From Azolla caroliniana (Eukaryota > Plantae > Polypodiophyta): DNA of 64,000 nt. The translations under genes were made by a program, and so were the position numbers. Every line of letters begins with the position of its first letter. The first letter of the stretch is position 1. Below the pieces are notes generated by a model. It was not told the origin of the DNA. It did not search any database and saw nothing but the letters and a program-made list of their open reading frames with translations. Where the stretch lies: positions 16,864,001 to 16,928,000 of the forward strand of contig JBHGNT010000004.1 in assembly GCA_043228905.1 (NCBI GenBank), in the 5' to 3' direction. Positions 38,412 through 50,189 of this stretch are shown piece after piece.

Positions 38412-38978
38412 TTGGATCTTGTTTGCTGAGATGGGTTTTAATTGATTGAAGCTTCCATGGCTTTCTTCGCGAGAATTTCTCTTTTTTTCTTTCTGGGTGA
38501 GTCGGGATGCTCTCTTCAAAAGGGAAGAAGGAGATTAGTTCAAAAGTGAAATAGGGTAAATCTATAAATAATGGGAATTTACATAGTAAAAGCACATACA
38601 TCCATAATGGATTGTTCTAACACACCCAAAGGTTCATATCATATATAATTAGGGAGGTCTTTCAAATTTTCCTTTACACCACCACCAATCTTGGTCTAGG
38701 TTTAGCGTAATGAAACCCTTCTTCCGAGATGTTGATGCAATCGAAATTGGCACTTTCCGAAGATATAGCTTTGCCTATGTGCTTTGTACTTCTAACCTTT
38801 CGTTGTTTCTCAAAAGTTGTCAACAATTAAAATCAACTAAGATTAGTGATTAGGAACTTTAAACTATCGTAGATGCCTTGAACTTGTCATGTGCTTTGAG
38901 AGCGTATAGATTGTGTCTTGGGTTGCATAATCTATTTTGAGTTGATTACCACAAGAGCTCTAGACAGGGGATCTACTA

Positions 38979-39112
38979 CATTGAGGGAACCTTTCCCTAG
39001 TATGAGAGGACCAAGAAGGAAGCATCTTTGGTGTACCAGTTATAGTGCCCACGATACACACTAAGTAGCAAGGTGCGGTGTGGATAATTGTTGAAAGAAT
39101 TTAAATAAGAAG
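38979..39112 (+). pseudogene. rrn23: Decayed plastid-type 23S rRNA fragment (probable NUPT) covering the sarcin-ricin loop
   Basis: ctttccctagtatgagaggacc..ggtgtaccagttatagtgcccacg..tggataattgttgaaag matches plastid rrn23 as recalled (ctttccctagtacgagaggacc..ggtgtaccagttatcgtgcccacgg..ggataactgctgaaag), mostly by C>T and G>A changes. Confidence 0.75.
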
Positions 39113-39324
39113 TGTTATAGGCATAACCTTAGGGATAAATTCTAAAGCTAATTTTAATGGTTTTAAGGGTTACAATGTAAGTGGGAAACCAGTTATCCAA
39201 GGACTTGGACAAACCTATAAGGACCTAGGGCACACAAAAACACGTGGTGGTTTGGGTGCCGAAGGAGTTGGGTTGTATAAATGGACAATAAAGAATCAGA
39301 CGTGATTTTGTGCAGTGGAAGAGA

Positions 39325-39378
<54 letters not shown>

Positions 39379-40655
39379 TCATAGTAGACACACTAGTGGT
39401 CGTAAGATGTGTTCACACCATAGGGAAGTTTAGTGTGACTCTCAACACGCCCCTTCAAACAGAACTAATCATTGGATAGTCGGCTTAGGTCTTTGGGTCA
39501 GCTTTGGTTGTCGGCTCCGACTCATTCGATTGGCAACTCCCTCAAGCTTGGTTGGTCAACGGTCGAGAGTCCTAGGTTTGTCATGAACTATTGTAGCTTG
39601 TTAGGTCCTAGGGCCTTTGTGAAGATATCAACCGCTTATAGGTTGGTATTGATGTGTTGTAGGTCGACATCTCCAGGCATGACATGTTCTCAGATGAAGT
39701 GATAATGCAAATCAATGTGCTTAGTTAGATGTGGAAGACTAGGTTCCAAGATAAGTGGATGTTGCTCATATTCTCTCAATAAAGGAGAATAGGATCCTTG
39801 ATAGGAACACCCATATCCTTCAGTATTCTTTTCAACCAAACAACTTTGCATGTTGCCACAGCTGCGCCCCTGTATTCGGCTTCTGTGCTTGACAATGCTA
39901 CTATTGGTTGCTTTTTGTTGCTCCATGATATGGCTCTGCTCCTGAGGGAGAAGACAAAACCAGAGGTCGATCTGTTGTCAGTCTTGTAGCCGACCCAATT
40001 GGCATCGGTGTATCCTTCAAGTCGAATTGGTGTGGCCAAATTGTAGAGGATGTCGTAATCCATTGTCCCACTTACATACCTTAGTACTAGTTTTAGCGCA
40101 GTCCAAATGAATGTCATGAGGTGTCTACATAAACTGGCTAAGGAGGCCGACCAGGTAGTTGAGGTCGGGCCGAGTGATGGTGAAATAGATCAGCCTTCCA
40201 ACTAGTTGTCAATAGTGAGGCGTCTCACACTCTTCTGTGCCGGAGTCAACATCTAGGTTTAGGTTTCAATCGAGAGGGGTAGCGACGGGCTTACACTCTG
40301 TCATCCCAAACTTGAAGAGTAGATTGAGAATATAGTGTCGTTGGGAGAGCATGATGCCGTTAGGAGTTCGAATTACATCTATACCTAGAAAGTAATGGAG
40401 CTCCTTCATGTCCTTCATTTCGAATCGACCTATATCTACAATGTGTTCTCCTCCAATGACCAACTCAGCCACATATATTATGATAAATAAATGTCCTTTG
40501 GAGTCGCTCTGGATGAACACATAATTGTTGGACTTGGACATTTTGAAGCAGATTTGGTGAAGATATTGGGTTATCTTCGAATGTCATGCTCTCAGTGCCT
40601 ACTTGAGGCTATAGATAGGCTTTTTGAGTTGGCAGATCGCTTGCGGGTGTGTTCT
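39113..40655 (-). mobile_element. Copia element 1: 3' LTR (39113-39447) plus decayed RT/RNase H, cut off by Copia 2
   Basis: LTR TGTTA...CAACA with PPT-like gaaggggcg on the minus strand. Motifs FEMKDMKELHYFLGI, GYTDANW and VALSSTEAEY. Confidence 0.85.
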
Positions 40656-43398
40656 TGTTGAGCGGGCAAGCTCAACCAAATCTGGATCGATTGAGTAAGC
40701 CATAGCCGGATCGATATCCATATAGGTACGCGGATCGGTGTCCAGATATATCGGTATCCGAAACCTAGAGCCGACTAGAAAACCGGATCGTACTCCAGAA
40801 TAGTGAGAACCTGTAGGCCGTTGGAGCCTATGGTCCGAGCCTAGTACGTAGGCATATTTCTTGGAGTTAGTGTCAATCGCTCGTATGAGCATTGAAGTAC
40901 ATGTCAGTACTTCTATCAGTCCTTTTAAGGGCTTGTATAAAAAATGTTCTGTAGGACATTTGTATGTACAGAGTGTTATTATTTTGAATTTAGTTTATGC
41001 TATTCTGCTCTCTCTGTCTCTCCCACTCCCTGTCTGTGTTTTGTGAAGCTTCCATTAAACCTGTACTCTTTCTATTGCTATCCGAGTGAATCGGTTTGTC
41101 AAAGCTTCCGCATATTAACTTTGACATGGTATCAGAGCACGAGGGTTGAGAATCTCTACTGCCGACAATTTCTCGAACCTAATCACTGGTAAAGAACAGA
41201 CCGAAAAGAAAAGAAATGGACCGAGGGATGGCAAGCTTGCTTCCGACAGAGAAAATCCACTGAAACAACTATGCATCGTGGTCTTATAAGATGCACCAGT
41301 ATCTACTTGGACACAAATATTAGAGCTATGTCGAGGGAGAGAATGAAGTAGCGCTGAAGCCGGCACACAAGGACTTCCCGGCATAGGAATAAGGAGCAAG
41401 CAGAGTGGTGTACTGTCTCGCGTCTTGTGTGCACAACCAGATGCTTGGCTACATCAAGGATGCAAAAACGCCAAAAGAAGCTTGGGAGAATTTGAAGAAG
41501 ATTTTTGCTGCAAGCACAACGGCCCAGAAGTTGCAACTTCGACAAGAGCTCAACAATATCTAACAGAGGGAAATGTCGGTCACCGACTACACCACCAAGA
41601 TAAAGGAGATCTGCGACGCGCTCGATTCTATCAACGTGATACTAGACGAAGATGAGATGGTCCAGAATTGCCTCAGTGGTTTAGCACAATGGTACGGGCC
41701 AATCCGGACGGCGATTTGCACCCGAGAGAAACCATCATTCTTCTTTGACCTGCAATCGATGTTGTTGGTCGAAGAAAATCACGCGAGTGGGTCGAGGACC
41801 ACTCAATCGGACAACCGGATGTTGTACACCGAGGCAGATCGGCCCTGTGGGCGTGGAGGACTAGGTGGGTCGGCACGTAATAGCGGCAGCCAACAAGAGC
41901 AAAACTGGAGGCACAGAGATAGTGCCGACAACAGTTCCGGACGCTCCACTAGCAGGGGGAGTCAAATTGGCACCAGAAATCTGTAAGCAAAGACCGACAC
42001 GAAATGCTTGTATTTTGGCAAGAAGGGCCATCGGGAAAGCGAGTGCTGGAAGAAGCGTGCCGATTCGGATAAATCCAAATTCGGCAAAGCTCGCACTACA
42101 CAGAAGGATTAGAAGGATCAGGAACCGGAAAGACTGGAAAAGGGCCAACCTTCATGATGAAGCACAAAGCGAACTCAATGTAGAAGACCACTTCCGAATT
42201 GGAGGAAGTGTGGTACGTTGACTCCGGGGCTTCTAACCACATGACAAGCCACGAAGAGTGGTTCTCATATCTGGAAAAACTGGAGCAACCGGGAGTTGTC
42301 GAAAATGGAGACGACACTCTTCACCCGATTGTGCATATCGAAGAAGTTCCCTTGAGTCATGTCAGACAAACAGGGAACCTTATGAACGTGCTTCACGTCC
42401 CGACAATCACAAAGAACCTGGTATTGGTCGCGCATATCGTCGACCAAGGGATGCATGTGTGGTTTATGCACCTGGGGTGTTTCATCGAGGAAGAGGGTCA
42501 GATCATCGCGCAAGGGCGCAAGGACGGGAAGATGTTTATCCTCGACACCAACGACGTCGGCATCACTTTGTTCGCAAAAGGACAGAAGGTCGAATCGGAT
42601 ATCAACCTGTGACACAAGTGGATTGACCACGTCAACTATCAAAGGTTTCAAGACTTGCAATCGAAATAGGTTGTTTTCGGATTGCCAAAATTCAATGGCC
42701 GGAAGGCCCAAAATTTTGAAGCCTGCTAGCTCGGGAAGTAACACCGGCTTCTGTTCCCCACCGAAAGAAATCAGAGCCGTAACAAGCTTTACTTGATACA
42801 TTCAGATGTATGGGGACCGACACACCACGTTAGTCTTGGCGGGAGCCAATATTTCGTCTCTGTCATCGACGACTACAACCCACACACACGGATCTATCTC
42901 ATCGAGAAGAAAAGTGAAGTCTTCGACAGTTTTCGGAACCTACAAAATCTTGTCGAACAAGAAACAGAGAGAAAGATCAAGTGCTTGCGTTCGGATGGCA
43001 GAAAAGAATACTTTTCTAGCCAATTCAACAGTTATCTGCAGCAGAAAGGAATTTGGAGGGAATTCAGGTGTAGATACACACCGGAACAAAACAATGTGGC
43101 CGAAAGAAAGAATTGGTCAATCGTTGAGGCGGCACAGGCAATGCTGGAAGAGAAGAGCATGCCCAAGTTCTACTGGGCTGAAGCTGTCCGGATGGCTGTC
43201 TACATTCAAAACTGGACCGGGGAGAAGGTGTAAGCACATGAACTATATTTCGCGCGAACGCCAAACTTAAGACATCTCAGAGTATCCGGTAGAATTGCAT
43301 ATGTGCATGTGCAGGATGAGAAGTAGAGAAAGTTGGACCTAAAGTCGGAGAAGTGTATCCTTGTCGGCTACTCACATGAGCAAAAGGGTTATAAGTGC
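40656..43398 (+). mobile_element. Copia element 2: 5' LTR (40656-41126), tRNA-iMet PBS, decayed gag-protease-integrase
   Basis: TGTTG...GACA followed by TGGTATCAGAGC at 41127. Motifs WYVDSGASNHMT, IHSDVWGP, CLRSDG and KCILVGY. Confidence 0.9.
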
Positions 43399-44400
43399 TG
43401 CTTTGGCAAAGTGGATTGTGGTGGCCTACAACAAAGAAGGATGCTCACGAATTCTGCAAACAATGCAACTTATGTCAGCGAATGGGCCAACCCACTGAAC
43501 AAGCCAGTATGCCTCACCAACCGGTCCTTCCATTAGAACCTTTCCAAAACTGGGGATTGGATTTCGTTGGTCCATTTAAACCAGCAACAGCCCGAACTGG
43601 CAATAAGTAGGTAATCATGGATCCGAAAAAACATTTGAAATTGGAAAACCGGTCCTCGTGTTTCAAACTCTGCTCGGTTGGATGCCGGGGAAACTTCGTT
43701 TTGGGTGGACCAGAACCTTCTGGATTATCAATGAATTCAATAGAACATTTCTGCTCGGCACTTTAGCAGGGGAAGTCGTACAAGCATGGGTTAATGGATT
43801 TCGATTAAAGCCATATCTCGGCCCGACGCCTCCCAATCCCTTCGCCAATCACCAACACGGTGGGAACCATCCTGTGGTAATTAGAACAGAAGATTTCGGG
43901 GCTGCCTCGCCCCAATCACGGTAATTACCATACCTACTACCCTGGATTGTATACTATCATTATGAAAAAAAAAGACCCACTCACTATTTAAAGAACATGC
44001 ATGCCACACGAGAAAAGAGAAAGTACAAACGGTTCCTAGGACGCGTGGTCCTTAAACTCCCAGTATGGCAGGGAAGATTCTGAATCTAGGGCACAAGGCC
44101 ACGTCTCAAGAACCAAGGCACATACAGAAAGGGAGCACCACAGGCGAAGCCCTCACTCTTGTAGAAATGCTCAAAGTATTCAAGCGTTCTCACCTTCTGC
44201 TCAGACACCCTCTCGCTCCCAAATCCCCTGCACAAAAGCTCGCTCTAGCTCTCCTTCTCCTTACTTCCATCACAACTCTTCCGCTCTCCTTCCCAGAACA
44301 ATGATTAGGAAGAATCGAGACACCATGAAGAAGATAACTCGTTGTCATTGATGATCAAGAATAATAAGGAGATGTGTTGTAGAAGAAGTGACCCTTGAGA
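43399..44400 (+). mobile_element. Gypsy integrase fragments plus 3' region, sister of the element at 53194-61856
   Basis: WQSGLWWPTTKKDAHEFCKQC, WGLDFVGPF and NGFRLKPY. The non-coding stretch 43985-44085 aligns with 57245-57300 plus 57931-57970. Confidence 0.8.
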
Positions 44401-47400
44401 CCAAGAGAAGAGCCAAAACCTCCCAATCTACCAAAAACTTCTACCTGAACCAGAAAAAAAATATGGTGGAAGGGAGGGAGGAAAACGAAAGAACAGAGAA
44501 ATGAAATACCTGACTCAGAGAAGCATTAGCAACAACCCAAACCCTAAAACCCTAAACCGACTGTTAGGGTTTCAATTTGCACAGTCGTGTTCTCTGTTTC
44601 CCCGCCCTTGCTCACCACAGAAATAAAATTTCAAAATTCTCTTCCCACACCACATAGTATATATATATAGGTTAGAGTCGGGCTCTTGCCTCCGGCTCCT
44701 CAGGCTCCTCGGGCTCCTGCTTTAGTTGAGTCAGGCTCCTGCCTTCAGTTGAGTCAGGCTCCAATAAAGTGAAATTTTGAGCGCGCTCTTTTTTTATCCA
44801 CATTGAATGGTGTAGATCGCACACACCCTCATTTGGGCGACCTGCACCATCCATGCCCGCAATTCCCTCACTTGTCCTCATTAATATTTGGTAGTAGTTA
44901 GACACATCGCATACATACCGACGTGTCTATTATGACACAAATCATATAAAGAGGGTTGGTGAGGGAATCGCAGCCACAGACGGTGTAGGTCGCTCAGAGG
45001 AAGGCGTGTGCGATCTGCACTATCAGATTTCGATAAGAAAGAAGGCGCGAAAAAAAAAGTTGTGCAAAGGTCACCCAATTGAGTTATATTTTTAAAACGG
45101 TTGGGTGACCGGTTTAAGTAGGTCACCCAACTGCAGGTAAATTTATATTAAGTTGGTCGCCCAACCAACTTAATCATCGACGCATGTCACCCAACTGTAT
45201 ATTTTTAAAACGGTTGGGTGACCGGTTTAAGCAGGTCGCCCAACCGCATGTAAGTTTATATTGAGTTGGTCACCCAACCAACTCAATATAAGATGCAGGT
45301 CTCCCAACCGACAACTATAAAAGCCTGAAACCTATCATTATCTCTCATTTTTTCAAACGAGATTGACATGTTTTTTTTGCCGGGAAAGAAAACTATCGTC
45401 AGGCGGCTTGCAATTGACATACGCGGCAATCAATCTCCTCCATCACTATTCCCAGGTATGTACTAAACCCTATTACATCACTTTTTCTGATTTTTTTTAC
45501 CTGTGGTAGGAATAGTTGAGGGATTTTTTTTCTTGTTGAGGGATTAGGGTTTTACTACATAAAAGGAAGGAATAGACTATATAAAGGGCATCTAATTATT
45601 GCAACATGATAAGTTGGATATAACATATGGGGAGATTTGGAAGTGAGGGATTAGGGTTTAGGGTTTAGGGTTTAGGGTCATAAGGTACATGGGCCATACC
45701 ATCACTGAATCATGGAGATTATTGCTCACCATGTCTGATCCACACAAGAAAACCTAGATACACTTGTTGAACTTCGTCATAGTCTCATTCCCCCACACCA
45801 ACTAACCTAATCATTCTACCACAAGCATTAAGATAATGATGATGGAGCTTTGGGAAACCTAGAGCTTGTATTTCTGTTTCAATATGGATGACACATGGAT
45901 CCAGCCATATTTGCAATCATAATTTGTGTCATGGATCGATTTTGGCCTCTAGCAAATGTTAACAGATTTTCTTCATCACTTTAAGGTTAGGATGAATGGC
46001 ATTCTATTTCTTAAGGAACATAACCAAGTTTTGGTTTTCAATGAATTTAAGTTGTAATGAGATCTTTTGACAAGGCAACAATGATATGATTGTTTAATGT
46101 ATATGAGATCGTGACAACTCAAAAATACCTAAAATGCAAATTTTAGTGCTTGATATGTGTAAATGAATGCCATGGCTCCTGTCGTTGAAAGACTGCTTCT
46201 TGAGGCAATATCATGGTGGCTAGATTGTGTATTGGTAGCCTCCCAAATGGCACTGAACGTTTGACATCGATTCTTGATTGTCTATTCATGGATGAGACAT
46301 GGAAACCCTAAACCTTTTTTTATTGAGGTGAAGAGATGTATCATTTCCAACATAATTCAGTAGTTGAATGCACTCTTCTATTTAAAGATAAGTTGATGAT
46401 AAATGTGCAAGTGAATCATTAGATAATCATCGTGCAAATGTTGTCATTTGCGAATTGTGTGTTGATAAATAACTTATTTTAATGGTTTGGTCACCATTTC
46501 ATACGTTTAGAGTCGGTAATGTTTACATATGAAAGTTTCCGTTTAGAAATGTTTTGGTTATTTTGGTTCTCTTCTGGGTTGTATACATACTAAAAAGGGA
46601 ACAAAGGGAAAGGAGTACAAGCATTGACCATTTCCAAACAATGGGTTGTATATGAATCAGTGATGTAAACATATGCAAGTGGCGATGCTATATTAGATAT
46701 ACTTAGATAAATCTGCATATGGCCACATTTATGTCTTCAAGTTTTAACATCTTTTTTTGTAATTTACTGTTCTTTTTTCAGAATGCAATGCTAGTAGCTG
46801 CTAACGTTGTGAAAGCTGCAACATGTGAAGTAGAATGCCAATACATATCGAGTGAAAAGGCCAAGAGCATGGTAATAACAAGTATTTCGTTACTTCCTAC
46901 TATGTCTATTATTTAAGGTTGTACATGGTCAAACTGATGTCTATATTTGTATGTTATGAAGAAATGACATTGAATTGTACGTTCTAGTCCATTCAGATTT
47001 TATTTGATCACATAGAATATGGTTCGAAACTATACTTAATTGAGCACATAAAATACTTCATTCATGTGGGTATTTCTCTTTGGGTTGTGGATAAATAAAC
47101 ATATGGAAATAATTTGATCCCACTCACTCGCTGTCAATATCTGTTTGCCCCATTACTCATCAAAATATCCTAGACAGTCCTTATAATATGTGGGTATATG
47201 AGATATCATTGTTTAAGACATCGTATCCAACAAAATTATATTTATCTCTAATTCAGTGACCGAAATTATTTGCTTGCTTAATCTTAATATTGTGTGTTTG
47301 AGTATTAAATTCGGAAAATGTTTGATTACTTGAATTGTGGTAGATGGCTTCCAAGTCCAAGTACAAAGATTGGTGGTGGAATTTCAATAACGGTGACATA

Positions 47401-47642
47401 TATCCAACTCAAGTGAGGTATGTCACAAACCAATCTCCCCTAATACTAGTTTAGGGTTTCATGCATGTATGTTGACTCGTGATTTGTTAAAGGGTCTTCG
47501 TTAGAAGACATTAGAGAAGTTCATCAGCCGACATGTCTAAGGGTGGGGAGAGAATGGATCAGACACTAGTGGTTCATCCGCCTTAGATCGAGCCAATACA
47601 TGCCATGGCAACATTCGACCAAGATGCTCCTCCAAATGGTAT

Positions 47643-48420
47643 GTGGATTTGGTGTCGTTGCAATATGTCAATCTTTATGCCAATGTTTATGTTAATCTTA
47701 AATATGTAACACATACAAAAGGAATAGATGCTCCTCGCCCATACTCGTTGTATAAGGTTGGAAGATATGCAAATGGGAACAAGGCCCGTGCGTGTATCTA
47801 TACTACATATTGCCGCCTCTCGCCAAGGTGGTATCACAAAAAAAGTGACATGGCATCACATTTACGCAAGGAACATGGAATAGACATAGTCCTACCATGA
47901 GGTATGCGTATATAGGAGGAGGATACTCCAGAGGCATGCTTTAATAACTATGAGCGTCAGAGATCACTCAAAAGATTCATGGACCCCGAAATTAAGTACA
48001 ATAGAAATCGGCAAACATATATACAGAAGTTGAAGGTTAGGGTTGTTTCGAGGTACAATTCTATTCCCGTTGAACTACGTCTTGACACAAAGGCAGAGTT
48101 CGTGGCGCAATTTATGGACAACGAGATGGTTATATACAATTCTAAAAAGGATGAGCGTTCGGAGATGTTGACGAAGAAGATAGCATCCGGTTTGGATTCT
48201 TATGCAAGTATGAGCGAGGATTTCATTTGAGATATGTGTTGGAGGGTTTATTGGCAGAATTCAGATAATAACATGTGTCTTATTGTGGTGAAACAGTGTA
48301 AAAAGGCGGGGATATCCACCCAACCGCAGGGTGTGTCCACGGATGTGAGTGAGGCTCTAAACCCATCTGAGGGTGGTGAATCCACTCCACCGAGACAGAG
48401 ACGACAAAAGATGTTAGTCT
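47643..48420 (+). pseudogene. Disrupted ORF with a C2H2-like zinc finger, probably the upstream part of the Ulp1-domain gene
   Basis: CIYTTYC...YHKKSDMASHLRKEHGI. Collinear ORF pieces are separated by stops. Confidence 0.5.
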
Positions 48421-48658
48421 GACGGAAGGAGGTCGAGTCAAACATTGATCTTTATGTCACCCTAACATCATATTCAGATGACGCTACATCGGATGTGGCC
48501 ACAATTCAAATTCAGCATGGCAAGGGCATAAGGTTGTGGATCCAAACACCGAATAAACACTTTTTCAGGTAGTTTTTATGTGAAATATAAATTAGTATCC
48601 TACTAACTAACATTGAGTGTGATATACCTACTCAAACTACATATTTCTATGCATCAAG

Positions 48659-48833
48659 GTACCATCTGACTTGTCAACGTCTAGATACTGCCCTTGACGT
48701 TGTCGCGTTGTTACGCGCGTGCGTGGAGAAAGGCGGGACCACGGGGGTCTTGGACTAGGGAGTGATGGAGCGTGGGAAGTCGTGCTTCACCGTTTCCGGG
48801 GCATCCCAGAAGCACACCGGAAGCAACCGAAGG

Positions 48834-48875
<42 letters not shown>

Positions 48876-50189
48876 TTAACACCGACTCACACACACACAC
48901 ACTCACACACGCACACGCACAGGCCAACCCGACTCACACCCTTAAGTACAGGAAACGCAGGAAAGGGGGAGCACCCGACACCAACAGAGATGCGAATATA
49001 CACAGACAGACGCAAAGGTATATATATAAATAAATAAAAAAGAATACATTCCCGGCTTCGAGCCGTTCCAAGGTAGGTTACAGTAGTCGTCAGGTGCCAA
49101 GCCGCCGTCGGGGAGCTCTTAGCTCGTCGCGCCGAGCGGGGTCTTGCACAGGAGGTCGAGCCAAAGCAAACCCTAAGCAAAACACGAAGGGGGAGAAGAA
49201 GGAGAAGAAGAAGAACCTAACTCTAAACCTAACGGTATACCCTCTAATGCAAAATGGGCAACCCTTTCACAAAGGGCATTCCCCTCCCTTTATAGAACAA
49301 GGAGAGGGATGCGTTACAATGTGGGATAAATCCCGACTTGACTACTCTTCGGCGCCATAAAGGCGCCCTCGATATTCACACTAAATGTACATGGGTGCGT
49401 ACACACGCCGCACCCCGCCGATGTAGCCAATGTTTCCCGGTTTCCGCCTCTGGCCGAAATTCTTCACGACAACGTTACCGAGTCAGATCTTGAGACCATG
49501 TGCAAGTTTCGTGAAATGGCATCGACATGGACTATGACCTGATTGACGTTGTTTATGGAGTACTTGTTGCTACCCAAGGTGACATAATGCTTCACTATCG
49601 TCGACCCACTATGGGTGGAGCTACACCAGTAGACGGTGAAGGGGCAAGCCATCCTTAGGAAGGTGGCTGGACGTGATTTTATGTTCATTCCGATCGTGCT
49701 TGACGGTCATTGGGTGTTGTGGACGAAGATGCGACAGAAAGTTTCTAAGCTTACTAGCAAAGTAGTCTTTTGCGATCCATTAAACAATGCGACGATGGAC
49801 AACATGCGGAGAATGGCAGAGTTGGCGATTCGGACCATTTCATCTAAACCGTCAAACCACACCATTGTGTCCGAGGGTCGACATCACGTATTGCACATCC
49901 CAACTCAGCCAAATTGTTGGGATTGTGGCTTTTATGTGATGAAGACTATCCAGATGTTGGTGGAGGAGTTCTAACGAGGATGGATATCTCCGACTTTTGT
50001 AAGTGTAATGGCAATGCCTTATTCATGTGGATTGTATATAGATGTGTTCTTATACATATTTGGTGTCAGGGCACAGAGATATGGTTCACCAAACGCGAAG
50101 TGGATTCACTTCAGATTCATGTGGACGAGTGGGCACAAAGGGTACTAGGATTTGCACCTGCGACCGGTGGCCCCATATTTGTTAAGTGA
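48659..50189 (+). pseudogene. Ulp1-like (peptidase C48) SUMO-protease pseudogene split by a solo-LTR-like insert
   Basis: FIPIVLDGHWVL...CDPL...QPNCWDCGFYV gives the His-Asp-Cys triad and oxyanion Gln. Removing 48701-49475 restores the frame LD|VTESDL. In-frame stops remain. Confidence 0.8.
48701..49471 (-). mobile_element. Solo-LTR-like element A (771 bp), 4-bp TSD ACGT
   Basis: acgt|TGTCG...TTCTTCACGACA|acgt. Minus-strand TATAAA followed by a purine run near 49290. Internal GA/CA microsatellites. Confidence 0.8.

Noticed and set aside
38412-38519. Longer N-terminus of the Tim21-like ORF given in the ORF track
   Set aside because: It begins at a TTG. The ATG at 38411 gives a presequence-like start.
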